Source: Acidimicrobiia bacterium | GTDB lineage: Bacteria > Actinomycetota > Acidimicrobiia > Spongiisociales > Spongiisociaceae | Assembly: GCA_041576165.1 (NCBI GenBank) | Contig: JBFGLM010000007.1 | Span: 61,992-125,991 of the forward strand | Direction: 5' to 3' | DNA length: 64,000 bases | Shown: piece by piece, positions 1-8,945 of the stretch | How positions within the stretch are numbered: position 1 is the stretch's first letter | How the letters are laid out: every line of letters starts with the position of its first letter | Position numbers and translations under genes: made by a program | Notes under the pieces: generated by a model | What the model was told of the DNA's origin: nothing | What the model saw: the letters and a program-made list of their open reading frames with translations, nothing else | Databases searched by the model: none

Positions 1-92
1 TCGAATCCGTACGATCCCGAACAAGCGCTGGTGGCGGCTCCTTCGAAAGCGCCCGCCAACAGATCGCCAACATCCGCCGGCGCCTCGGCTGA
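1..92 (+). CDS. argH: 3' end of a gene, probably argininosuccinate lyase (partial)
   Basis: Frame 3 reads ESVRSRTSAGGGSFESARQQIANIRRRLG* (stop 90-92), resembling the ArgH C-terminal SVxxRxSxGG..V..Q pattern; only 29 aa are visible. Confidence 0.5.
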   Translation, partial: ESVRSRTSAGGGSFESARQQIANIRRRLG

Positions 93-324
93 CCGCCCGA
101 GGGTTTTTCCCGGTCAGTGGACGTCGGTGCGCGTGGCAGAGCCCTCCGGCGCCGGGTCCTACGCATCGTGACGGCGGGCCCAGATGACCAATCCCGATCC
201 GCCTTCGCTCCGTATACAGGTGTAGCTCGTAGCCGCCGGGCCGTTACCTGCCCGGGCGCAGTCCGCGCCTTGTTCGGCGCACCCGCGCTGTGGCACTTGC
301 GGGTGAGGAAGAGGCGCCGAACGC

Positions 325-357
325 GAAATGCCCCGGGGCTCTGCCCCGGGGCATTTC
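325..357. terminator. Intrinsic terminator-like hairpin downstream of the Mo-hydroxylase operon
   Basis: Perfect 14-bp stem GAAATGCCCCGGGG / CCCCGGGGCATTTC with a 5-nt loop, 18 nt past the large-subunit stop, between convergent genes. Confidence 0.7.
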
Positions 358-375
358 CATTGACCGCCACCGAGA

Positions 376-2802
376 TCAGCCGCCGGCTTCCTGGATCGCC
401 TCCACTACTCGTTCGGGCGTGGCAGGGAGGGTTCGCATCCTCACCCCAAACGGCTCGAGGGCGTCGTCGATCGCGGAGAAGACCGCCGCCGGCGCCATCA
501 TCCGGCCGCCTTCGCCGCCTCCTTTGATGCCGTACGGCGTGTAAGGGGAAGGTGTCTCATGGTGGCCGCAGTTGACCGCCGGCACATCCATCGATGTCGG
601 GATCAGATAGTTGAGGAACGTGCCGGACTGGAAGTTCCCGTCCGGGTCGTACACGAATTCCTCGTGAATGGCGGAGCCGATCCCCTGTGCCGTGCCGCCG
701 ATCATATGGCCTTCCAGCGACCGGGGATTCACCATCGTCCCGCAATCGTGGACCGCCGCATAGTCGAGGAAGTCGATCTTGCCGGTGTCCGGATCGACCT
801 CGATCGCACACATGTGACAGGCATGGCCCATGAACGGATAAAACACGCCCAGATCCTTGCGGTCGTCCGACGGCATGGTCGTGTATGGATGGTCGAACAC
901 CTGCGACGCCTCCAATCCCGACTCAACATCCTCGGGCAGCGAGTGTTTGAAGAGGTGGGCCATGATGGCCACCTCTCCCAGCGTCTTGCGGGCCTCGGGG
1001 CTGCCTCTGACCTGGATCCCGTTGTCGACCCATTCCAGGTCTCCGGGATCGGCCTCGAGCAGGTGGGCGGCGATCTCGAACGCCTTCTTTTTGATCTTGA
1101 CCGAGGCCCCTTCAATGGCACCGGCAATCATCACCGTGAACCGGCTTCCGCCCGGGCCGGTTGCGGGGAGACCCTGACCCGAACCCGCATAGACCACGTT
1201 CACGGAACTCGGGTCGACGTCGAACTCCTCTGCGATCAACTGCGCCGCCATGGTCTCGGGCGAGTTGCCCCAGAAGGCGCACGAGTAGAGCGTGGCGGTG
1301 ATGTTGCCCAACGCGTCGACGTCCAATGTCACGCTCTCGGGCATCGAGGTCACCGGTGCGCCGGGCTCGTCGAACCAGAACCAGAACTCCGTGGCGCTGA
1401 ACACACTGCGTTCCTGGCAGGTCACCAGTCCCAGGCCGATATACCGGCCTTCCTCGCGGGCCTTGGCCTTCTCCGCCTGCCAGTAATCCCAGCGTCCCAT
1501 CTCCAGTGCCTTGTCCAGGATTGGCTGGTAGTCGCCGGAGTCGTAGACGTTGCCGGTCGGGATGAAGTACGGGAACTCGTCCGGGCCGATGAAGTTCATC
1601 CGCCGGATCTCGCGCCGGTCCATACCCAGCTCGCGAGCCACCAGGTCGACCATCCGCTCCAGCATCCAGTTGTTGACTTCCGACCCGAATCCCCGATATG
1701 CCCCTTGCTGGTTCTTGTTGGTCAGCACGGCCTGAAGCTCGTATTGAACGGCTGCGATCTTGTACGGCCCGGTCACCTGTGCAAGTGCATTGCCGTGGTG
1801 GCCGACCCCGAACTGGATATAGGCCCCGTAGTCCTCAATGGTCCGCAGCCGCAGACCGAGTAGCGTTCCGTCCTTCTTCGCCGCCATCTCGACGTAGTAG
1901 ATCCGGTCCGAACCCTGGTGGTCGTTGTTGGACAGGGCGTCGTGGCGATCCTCCATGTACTGGACCGGCGCACCGGTCGCGCGGGAACACATCCCGGCGA
2001 TGGCGGCCGGCTTCACGGCCCACAACTTCGATCCGAAGCTACCGCCGGCAGGGACTGGGATGACGTCCAGCTTGTTGCTGGGTACTTTGAGCGTCCCGGC
2101 CAGCATGAATAGGTAACTGGTGAAGGTCAGCGAGTTCTCCCAGATCGTCATTTGTCCGGTGCCGATGTCGTAGGCCGCGATGGCGCCTACCGGCTCCAGT
2201 GGCTGCGAACCGGACCGGCGCCAGTGCAAGCGGTCCTCCACCACGATGTCGGCGTCCGCGAAGGCGGCGTCGATGTCGCCGAACGTGAAGCTGCGTTCGT
2301 ACGCCACGTTGGTGCCGAGCGGCTCGTGGACGAGCGGAGACCCTTCCTGTGCGGCGGCCTCGGGGTCGTGGATCGTCGGCAACTCCTCGTACTCGACGTG
2401 AACGAGAGAAGCGCCGTCTTCGGCCACGTAGCGGTTCTCCGCCACGACAGCCACTACGCCCTCGCCGACGTACCGCACCTTGTCGACGGCGAGGAGCCGC
2501 CATGTGTGGTTCGCGGGGTCGGGCCCGAAGTCGGGGAGTGGATCGCACAAATCTGCCGCCTGCGCCCCGGTGATGACGGCCCGCACCCCCGGCAGGGCTT
2601 CGGCTTCGCTCGTGTCGATGCTGATGATGCGGGCGTGGGCATACGGTGACTTGACGAGTGCCACGTGCAACATGCCGGGGAGTGCCCGATCTTCGATGTA
2701 GCCGCCGACACCGCGTAGGAATTTCGGATCCTCGATGCGGCGGATCGACTTGCCGACCCAATTGGTTTCTTTCGTATGTTCTCTTACGGCTGGTGCAGTC
2801 AT
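376..2802 (-). CDS. Xanthine dehydrogenase/CoxL-family molybdopterin-binding large subunit
   Basis: 808 aa; VGKSIRRIED, SPYAHARI, GGSFGSK, AYRGFG, DCGTMVNP and KGGGE motifs. Confidence 0.93.
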   Translation of the reverse strand: MTAPAVREHTKETNWVGKSIRRIEDPKFLRGVGGYIEDRALPGMLHVALVKSPYAHARIISIDTSEAEALPGVRAVITGAQAADLCDPLPDFGPDPANHTWRLLAVDKVRYVGEGVVAVVAENRYVAEDGASLVHVEYEELPTIHDPEAAAQEGSPLVHEPLGTNVAYERSFTFGDIDAAFADADIVVEDRLHWRRSGSQPLEPVGAIAAYDIGTGQMTIWENSLTFTSYLFMLAGTLKVPSNKLDVIPVPAGGSFGSKLWAVKPAAIAGMCSRATGAPVQYMEDRHDALSNNDHQGSDRIYYVEMAAKKDGTLLGLRLRTIEDYGAYIQFGVGHHGNALAQVTGPYKIAAVQYELQAVLTNKNQQGAYRGFGSEVNNWMLERMVDLVARELGMDRREIRRMNFIGPDEFPYFIPTGNVYDSGDYQPILDKALEMGRWDYWQAEKAKAREEGRYIGLGLVTCQERSVFSATEFWFWFDEPGAPVTSMPESVTLDVDALGNITATLYSCAFWGNSPETMAAQLIAEEFDVDPSSVNVVYAGSGQGLPATGPGGSRFTVMIAGAIEGASVKIKKKAFEIAAHLLEADPGDLEWVDNGIQVRGSPEARKTLGEVAIMAHLFKHSLPEDVESGLEASQVFDHPYTTMPSDDRKDLGVFYPFMGHACHMCAIEVDPDTGKIDFLDYAAVHDCGTMVNPRSLEGHMIGGTAQGIGSAIHEEFVYDPDGNFQSGTFLNYLIPTSMDVPAVNCGHHETPSPYTPYGIKGGGEGGRMMAPAAVFSAIDDALEPFGVRMRTLPATPERVVEAIQEAGG

Positions 2803-2811
2803 GATGTTCTC

Positions 2812-3288
2812 CTACGCCCGCGCCGGCACCCGGTCGGCGGCGGCCAGGATCGACTCGATGATGAACTGATACCCCGTACAGCGACACAGGTTGCCGGCGA
2901 TTGCCTCCCGGACCTCTTCAGCGGTGGGGCTGGGGTTCTCGTCGAGGATTTCCTTGGCCCGCATCAGCATCCCTGGGGTGCAGAACCCGCATTGCAGACC
3001 CTGCATCTCCCAAAATGCGTCCTGGAGCGGATGCATGGTCTCACCGTCCGCCAGGCCTTCGACGGTGGATACGTCGGTACCGTTGGCCTGTACCGCCAGC
3101 ATCAGGCACGCCAGTACGGACGTGCCGTCAATGAGCACGGTGCACGCGCCGCACACGCCTTGTTCGCAGCCGGTGTGGGTTCCGGTCAGGCCGAGCTCGT
3201 CCCTGAGGAAATCGACCAGTGTGATCCGGGGATCCACCTCGGCCCGGTGGTGGGTGCCGTTGACGGTGAGCGTCACCTGGCTTGTCAT
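2812..3288 (-). CDS. 2Fe-2S small subunit (CoxS family)
   Basis: GCEQGVCGACTV, QCGFCTPG and GNLCRCTGY motifs. Confidence 0.95.
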   Translation of the reverse strand: MTSQVTLTVNGTHHRAEVDPRITLVDFLRDELGLTGTHTGCEQGVCGACTVLIDGTSVLACLMLAVQANGTDVSTVEGLADGETMHPLQDAFWEMQGLQCGFCTPGMLMRAKEILDENPSPTAEEVREAIAGNLCRCTGYQFIIESILAAADRVPARA

Positions 3289-4157
3289 TGCTGGCCTCCT
3301 GCGTGATTGATGGCTGCGGTCAGGACTCGCTTCACGTATGCCCGCCCCGCCCGCTTGCGGTATGCGGTCGAACCATGCACGTCACCGGGCGGTTCGAGGT
3401 CTGCCACGGCAGCGGACGCCGCGTCCTCCACCAGCTCAACCGAAGGGGCGTTACCCATCAGCGTTTGCGCGGCGGCGTCTGAGATGAGGGGCGTGGCGGC
3501 CAGACCGCACAGGCCAATGGCCGCTCGGTCGATCGTGCCATTGTCGAGATGGATCAGGGCGCCGGCCCCCACGACGGGGAATCCGTTGTAGAGCCGGGTC
3601 AGCTCCATCCAGGCCGACCCGGTGCCGGACGGCCAGGCGGGCACGCGCAGCTCGGTGAGGATTTCTTCGTCGGCCAGCGCGGTGTCGAACGGGCCGGTGA
3701 AGAACTCACCGGCGGCGACGGTGCGACTGCCCGACCCGGACGAGCAGACCATCTCGGCCCCGAGCGCCATCAGTGCCGCCGGAATCTCGGCCGAAGGGTC
3801 GGCGTGCGCCGCGCTGCCGGCGACGGTGCCCCGGTTGCGGATCTGAGCGTGTCCGGCGTGGCTGACCGCTTCGACCAGCAGCGGCACGGTCTCGGCCGCC
3901 ACGTCGGACTGGAGGAGGGCGGCCTGGCGGGTCCGGGCGCCGATCGAGAGGGTGCCGTTCTTGCGTTCGATGAAGTCGAGTTCGTCGATACCGTTGATGT
4001 CGATGAGCGCGGCGGGAGTGGCCAGCCGGAAGTGCATCAGTGGCATCAGGCTCTGCCCGCCGGCAAGGACGCGAGCATCACCTCCCTGGTCTGACTTGAG
4101 GCCGAGCGCGGCGGCGGTCGTTGCCGGCGCGTGATAGCTGAACGGGGCGGATTTCAC
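3285..4157 (-). CDS. FAD-binding medium subunit (CoxM family)
   Basis: AGGQSLMP, QIRNRGTVAGS and HADPSAE motifs; GTG start at 4157 after GGAGG; overlaps the small-subunit start. Confidence 0.93.
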   Translation of the reverse strand: MKSAPFSYHAPATTAAALGLKSDQGGDARVLAGGQSLMPLMHFRLATPAALIDINGIDELDFIERKNGTLSIGARTRQAALLQSDVAAETVPLLVEAVSHAGHAQIRNRGTVAGSAAHADPSAEIPAALMALGAEMVCSSGSGSRTVAAGEFFTGPFDTALADEEILTELRVPAWPSGTGSAWMELTRLYNGFPVVGAGALIHLDNGTIDRAAIGLCGLAATPLISDAAAQTLMGNAPSVELVEDAASAAVADLEPPGDVHGSTAYRKRAGRAYVKRVLTAAINHAGGQQ

Positions 4158-4322
4158 AACGTGCCTCCCAGATGTTCGGGGAAGTTGCTGGCGCACCAAG
4201 CGGTGATGAGGGGGGTTGGCACGCCGCAGTTCGCGACGAAAACGGCCTGCCGGACTCCTCCCTATTGCCCGGATCCGAAGCTAGCCAGCCGGTCCGGTGT
4301 TGCGCGCCCCAAAATCCGCGCC

Positions 4323-4381
4323 TGCGAAGGCGATCCTTAGGCTGCAGGGTCCCCTGAGGGCACCCTAGAGCCGAAAGTTCG
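4323..4381 (+). repeat. Left copy of a 59-bp imperfect inverted repeat
   Basis: 47/59 identical by hand alignment to the reverse complement of 5115-5173. Confidence 0.8.
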
Positions 4382-4446
4382 CCGCGCCGGACGCGTCGGT
4401 GCCCCGGCTCTGCCGGGGCACCGATCGTTTGCCAGTCGGGAATGGG

Positions 4447-5037
4447 TCAGCGCCGCACGCCCCTGATATCGAAGGTGAACGTGGCATCAACTCCGTCCGA
4501 CGTGTTGTGACCCAATGTGATCTGGGTCACCTCGCCGCGAGCCGTGGCGTAGTCGCCGGTGCCGCCGATGACTGCCCGTACCGCCGGTCCAGCCAGCTGC
4601 GGCGTCTCAAAGCCATTGGTAACGATGGTCTGGCCTCCCACGGTGTCCGAGGTGAACTCGAACACCTGCGATGTCACCACCCACGGACCCTCTTCGGTGC
4701 GGGCGCCGTCGCCGACGAAGTAGCCGTAGCACGTCCATGTGCCGAGCACCTTGTCAGGGAATTGGGGCGATCCGTCCGGATTGATTCCGTTGGTTCCGTC
4801 GAGCGTTCCTTCTTCGTAGATGTAACCCTGCGTGACAAACGCGTTGCCGTACGCCGGGAATCCATCATCGAAGACAGGTTGCTCATCCCAGACGAAGTCA
4901 AAACCGTTTTCAGCCACCTCGACTGTGATCTGAGCATGGTTTCGGCCCGGCCGGGCAATCGCAGTACCGGCGATGGCCAGCACCGCAATGGCGGTCACAA
5001 GTCCGATTACGAGATTCCGGGCTTTGATCGAGCGCAT
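4447..5037 (-). CDS. Secreted protein, dirigent/allene-oxide-cyclase-like beta-barrel
   Basis: N-terminal signal peptide; C-terminal AVIGGTGDYATARG, typical of dirigent/AOC-like domains; GGAG RBS. Confidence 0.7.
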   Translation of the reverse strand: MRSIKARNLVIGLVTAIAVLAIAGTAIARPGRNHAQITVEVAENGFDFVWDEQPVFDDGFPAYGNAFVTQGYIYEEGTLDGTNGINPDGSPQFPDKVLGTWTCYGYFVGDGARTEEGPWVVTSQVFEFTSDTVGGQTIVTNGFETPQLAGPAVRAVIGGTGDYATARGEVTQITLGHNTSDGVDATFTFDIRGVRR

Positions 5038-5114
5038 GTTGGTCTCCCTTCTCTGCGCCTATGCCCGGGATGGCGTGAGAAGGGCCCTCACGACGTGAAA
5101 TCGAACGTTACGAT

Positions 5115-5173
5115 CGAACTTTCGGCCAGCCGGGCCCCTCAGGGCACCCTCCAGCCTAAGGCTCGCTTGCGCA
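5115..5173 (-). repeat. Right copy of the 59-bp imperfect inverted repeat, in the promoter region of the dirigent-like gene
   Basis: Reverse complement matches 4323-4381; followed on the minus strand by a TAACGT -10-like hexamer. Confidence 0.8.
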
Positions 5174-5177
5174 ACGC

Positions 5178-6869
5178 TCAGCTCAGGACCGCACTCACCC
5201 GCACGGAGCCGTCGGGGAAGAATTCGACGATCACCGACGGGTACTCGTACAGGTGCTCATCGGCGTCGAACCAATCGGCGAACGTGGCATAGCCGGAGGA
5301 AGCGCCCGGCCACGCGCGGCCAAGGACCCGCTGCGCCTCCGCCTGGTGCTCGGCAGCCAGCCGGTCCCATGGTTGGCCGCTCATGAAGCCCGGGAAGTAC
5401 CACACCCCATCCCGTTCGGCCGGGGCGTGGCCCAGTGCGTCAACCACCTGCAGCAGCAGCGGCGGCCGCAACTCGGCGGCTCCCCGCCAACCGGGCACCG
5501 GCGGCGCCAGGTGACTGATGAACGGGTCCTCGGGGGTGATCCCGTCGAGCGCATCGAAGTCGCAGTTCAGCGCAGCAGTGAACATTGCCAGCCACTGATC
5601 GGACATGCCGTCCGGTAATCCCGGCGGAGGAATGGGACTTGTATCCACGGGCGACTGCATCATCTGTTCGCACGCGGCGCTGCCGGGCCCCGACAAGACC
5701 GCAGGCGCCTCCTCCACGGCGTCAGTCGGCGGCGTAGCAATATCTGCGCTGGCCGCGCTGCCAGTCGTGAAGGGCTCGCCCAATCCGCACTCGACGCAGT
5801 CCAAGTCGATGAGGAAGAACGTGCGCGCCGGTAGAGCAGGCTCCCACGCCTCGCGCGAGACGAGAACCCGGTGCCCATCAAAATCATGCAGCACCGCCCA
5901 CGGCTGATCGTCGGTGGTCACGTCGAATGTGGCGACTTCGGCTCCGGTCTGATCGGTGATCACAACCTGGGAGGTGGGCACCGGCGCCCTCGGTACCCCG
6001 CTTTCGGGGTCTACGTCTGTTAACTCGGGCACAACCAGCCGAGCCAACAGGCCTGATTCCACCTTGGCCCGGCCCAATGAGAAACAGTCTGCCGTGATCC
6101 AGCCGGATTCCAGTCCCAGCGGCAGGATCTCCCCGGCCGCCTCGACACCTCGGACGACCGCGCCGGTGGCCAGGTCGACCAAGGCCCGTAGAGACTGGCA
6201 TGCCTGATCGGCCGTCGGATCATCGAAGTTGACGTGCAGATCGACCAACGGCCCTGATGCGGCCGGCACCACGTCGAGCACCTCGGTAGCCGACATCCGC
6301 GCATCGCCCAGGTCCACGGAGACCCGCTGCGGCTCCCCGGCGCCTGCCGACCACCACAACAAGGTGCGTTCGTCGGCCAGTGTCACGAACCCGCCGGCGC
6401 GGTCGTCGGCGATCATCTTGAGACCAAAATTGCTTCCTTCGCTCTCCGTCAGCAGAACCGGCTCCCGACCGGGCGCGCCGGTACCGACGAAAAACCCGTC
6501 GAACCAGACAACCGGATCGGTGACGCCACCGGCAGGGACGACCGGCGGCAGAGGTGCCGGGCCGGGCGTGGGCTCGGTGGGCGTCGGGGCGGGAGCAGCC
6601 GTCGTGGACGTCGTCGGCGCAGTCGCGGTTGGTGCCTCGACCGGGGAAACCGTGGTGGGAGTGGTGGCCACCGGCGCCTCGTCCGAAGGCCCAACGACGC
6701 TCACCGCCAGTACGATCGCCAGCACTGCCACCCCCAGCCCGCCCAGAGCGGCGGACAGCGTCCGGCGCCGGGCCTGCCGCTCCACCCGGGCGATCGGGCG
6801 AAGGGGCATCTCCCGTGCAGCGTCATGTGCGGCCTGCGCAGCGTCGCGTCCGAGCTGATCGACGTTCAT
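5178..6869 (-). CDS. Membrane-anchored putative anti-sigma factor with large extracytoplasmic domain
   Basis: Short helical N-terminus, RRR plus one TM helix, Pro/Thr-rich linker; ATGA overlap with the ECF sigma gene. Confidence 0.7.
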   Translation of the reverse strand: MNVDQLGRDAAQAAHDAAREMPLRPIARVERQARRRTLSAALGGLGVAVLAIVLAVSVVGPSDEAPVATTPTTVSPVEAPTATAPTTSTTAAPAPTPTEPTPGPAPLPPVVPAGGVTDPVVWFDGFFVGTGAPGREPVLLTESEGSNFGLKMIADDRAGGFVTLADERTLLWWSAGAGEPQRVSVDLGDARMSATEVLDVVPAASGPLVDLHVNFDDPTADQACQSLRALVDLATGAVVRGVEAAGEILPLGLESGWITADCFSLGRAKVESGLLARLVVPELTDVDPESGVPRAPVPTSQVVITDQTGAEVATFDVTTDDQPWAVLHDFDGHRVLVSREAWEPALPARTFFLIDLDCVECGLGEPFTTGSAASADIATPPTDAVEEAPAVLSGPGSAACEQMMQSPVDTSPIPPPGLPDGMSDQWLAMFTAALNCDFDALDGITPEDPFISHLAPPVPGWRGAAELRPPLLLQVVDALGHAPAERDGVWYFPGFMSGQPWDRLAAEHQAEAQRVLGRAWPGASSGYATFADWFDADEHLYEYPSVIVEFFPDGSVRVSAVLS

Positions 6870-7405
6870 GAGGCCACCTCCTCGGCGGCGAGCCGCCCGG
6901 CGAGACTGGCGCGGGCCTTCGCCAGCGAGTTCTTCACGGAGCTCTCTGCGATTCCGAGCACACCTGCGATGTCGGCGACCGCCATGTCCTCTAGATAGTG
7001 GAGCGCCACCACCTCGGCTTGACGGCGGGGCAGTGCGCGCACATGGCGCCAGAACAGCTCATGTTCCGGCTGGAGTTCGGGAAACGCGGTGGGCTGCTGA
7101 CCGAACCAGCGGCCCAGGGCACGTGTCTCGGCGCCCAACCGGCGGAAACGGGAGCGGGCGAGATTGACTGCGACGGTCCGGATCCAGCCGGCCGGCGACT
7201 CATAGCGGCCCACCTGATCCCACTGGCGGTGGGCGGTGAGGAACGCCTCCTGGGCGAGATCCTCAGCCGCCCACCGACTCCCGGTCAGCGTGTAAACCAG
7301 CCCGACGACGGGCCGGTAGTTCTCGGCGTAGAACGTGTCAAAGTGAACCGGAATGCGGACCGAATCGGCCACAGCTCCCCGTTTCTGTCGAGTGACATCG
7401 GCCAT
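6866..7405 (-). CDS. ECF RNA polymerase sigma factor (SigE-like)
   Basis: Region 2 AEDLAQEAF...WIRTVAVNLARS; region 4 LPRRQAEVVALHY..IAGVLGIAESSVKNSL. Confidence 0.92.
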   Translation of the reverse strand: MADVTRQKRGAVADSVRIPVHFDTFYAENYRPVVGLVYTLTGSRWAAEDLAQEAFLTAHRQWDQVGRYESPAGWIRTVAVNLARSRFRRLGAETRALGRWFGQQPTAFPELQPEHELFWRHVRALPRRQAEVVALHYLEDMAVADIAGVLGIAESSVKNSLAKARASLAGRLAAEEVAS

Positions 7406-7462
7406 TGCTAGTACAACGCCCGAGCCAGTCTCGCGGGTCTATTGCGGCGCTACGGGTTCTGC

Positions 7463-8518
7463 TCACATCTCCAGCACATAGAGCCGGAAGAATCCGGCGT
7501 CGACGTTCGGTACCGATACCTGCGAGAAGCCCGCCTCGGTTGCGAGCGATTCGACTTCCGAGCGCCGGATCACCGTGCCGATGGCGGCCGATGGGCTCTC
7601 GGTCCGAGACGCAGGCAGGCAGTGGACGACGCTCCATCCGTACATCATCCGCTCCAGCTCGTCACCGCTGGGGGCGAAGTCGTCAGCGACTTGCTCGTCG
7701 GCGACCAGGACGATTCCGCCCGGCGCCAGGGCCCGGCGCGCCGCGGACAGCACGTCGACCGGCCGGGCCAGGTCGTGAAGCGTCTCCAGGATCGTGACCA
7801 GGTCGAATGGGCCGTGGTTGACCAATTCGCTGGCATCGGCACGTACGTAGTCCACGGCGGCTTTGCGGTCCGCTGCGACCCGACGTGCGTCGCGTACCGA
7901 CGCCTCATCGTTGTCAATGCCGATCACACTCGCGTCTGGGTAGGCATCGGCCATGGCCAAAGCTGACCAGCCGAGGCCGGAACCCAGATCTGCGATGCGG
8001 GCGCCGCGGCCTCGAAGACGCTCGTCGAGTCCGGGCACGCTCGGGATCCAGGTACCGACCAGGTCGTGGGTGAAGGCCGGTCGGTTGATGCCGCCCTGTC
8101 CGTCCCGGAACCAATCGCCGTACACGGAGTAGGGGACACCGTCTCCAGTGCGATACGCGTCTGTGACGCGATCCAGTACCAGACCGATACCTGTCACCAT
8201 CGCAGCGAGCGGCGACACATGAGACGGATGATCTGCGTGTACCAGAACAGCCGCCTGCGCTTCGGTGAGGCCGAAGTGGCGACGGTCGGGGTCATCGGCT
8301 GGGGTCGTCACGGTGACGAAACCGGCGACGGCCTGCTGTTCGAGCCATTCCTGCGCGTAGCGGCGGTCGACGCCAGCTTTCTCAGCCAGTTGGCCGGCTG
8401 TTACGGGCCCGACATCCGCCAGCAGTTGATAGAGACCCAGTTCACGACCCAGCTGGATCGAATACAGCTCGAGCGCGCCGGTGGCGGCTTCGATGAGGCG
8501 TTCATCCAGAGTAGGCAT
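7463..8518 (-). CDS. Class I SAM methyltransferase with N-terminal winged helix (Rv2258c-like)
   Basis: LGRELGLY..RYAQEWL N-domain; ADLGSGLG SAM motif; ETLHDL; HCLP. Confidence 0.9.
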   Translation of the reverse strand: MPTLDERLIEAATGALELYSIQLGRELGLYQLLADVGPVTAGQLAEKAGVDRRYAQEWLEQQAVAGFVTVTTPADDPDRRHFGLTEAQAAVLVHADHPSHVSPLAAMVTGIGLVLDRVTDAYRTGDGVPYSVYGDWFRDGQGGINRPAFTHDLVGTWIPSVPGLDERLRGRGARIADLGSGLGWSALAMADAYPDASVIGIDNDEASVRDARRVAADRKAAVDYVRADASELVNHGPFDLVTILETLHDLARPVDVLSAARRALAPGGIVLVADEQVADDFAPSGDELERMMYGWSVVHCLPASRTESPSAAIGTVIRRSEVESLATEAGFSQVSVPNVDAGFFRLYVLEM

Positions 8519-8560
8519 GGTGCCTTCCTTTCGTCGGTGCGGGCTTCCCCGCTCTATAGG

Positions 8561-8592
8561 GAGACGTGAGATTCCGTCTCACGATGTGAGAT
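8561..8592. promoter_or_regulatory. Operator-like overlapping palindromes upstream of the methyltransferase
   Basis: GAGACGTGAGATTCCGTCTCACGATGTGAGAT contains alternating GTGAGA/TCTCAC half-sites; regulator unknown. Confidence 0.4.
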
Positions 8593-8783
8593 CGGAAAGA
8601 GCAGCGCCGGGGTCCCGCCAAAGACCCGCACGGGTCTCATCGAGGCAGCTCGGTCCGGGCCGCCAGGAGCAGAGGCCTCGTCTCCCAGCCAGATACGCGG
8701 TTTTTGACCCCGGTGCGGTTATCGGGGAGCGAACCCCGATCGGCCCCGTCCCGGAAGAGGCGCCATCTCGCTAGCGTGGCGGC

Positions 8784-8903
8784 ATGACGAAACTGCAAGC
8801 ATTCCTCAGTGCGACTTTGGCGGTGGTTGGCGCCTTTGTCGCGGTCAAGAAGTTCCTGGCGACGATGAAAAAGGACGAAACCGAGGAGGTCTCGGCCGCG
8901 TAG
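8784..8903 (+). CDS. Small single-TM protein (39 aa), absent from the ORF track
   Basis: MTKLQAFLSATLAVVGAFVAVKKFLATMKKDETEEVSAA*; TAGCGT -10 six nt before ATG (leaderless signature). Confidence 0.65.
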   Translation: MTKLQAFLSATLAVVGAFVAVKKFLATMKKDETEEVSAA

Positions 8904-8945
8904 GAGCCGCGGCTTCCAGGCTGTCGGGCACTACATTCTTCAGTC

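Noticed and set aside
376-2802. Aerobic CO dehydrogenase (coxL) call
   Set aside because: Lacks the AYxCSFR signature and no coxDEFG accessory genes are adjacent.
5101-5117. TCGAACGTTACGATCGA as a LexA box
   Set aside because: The spacer is 5 rather than 4 nt and the right half-site is mismatched; it overlaps the -10 and the inverted repeat instead.
8520-8770. SAM riboswitch upstream of the methyltransferase
   Set aside because: No SAM-I/SAM-IV core recognisable on the minus strand; only short DNA palindromes are present.
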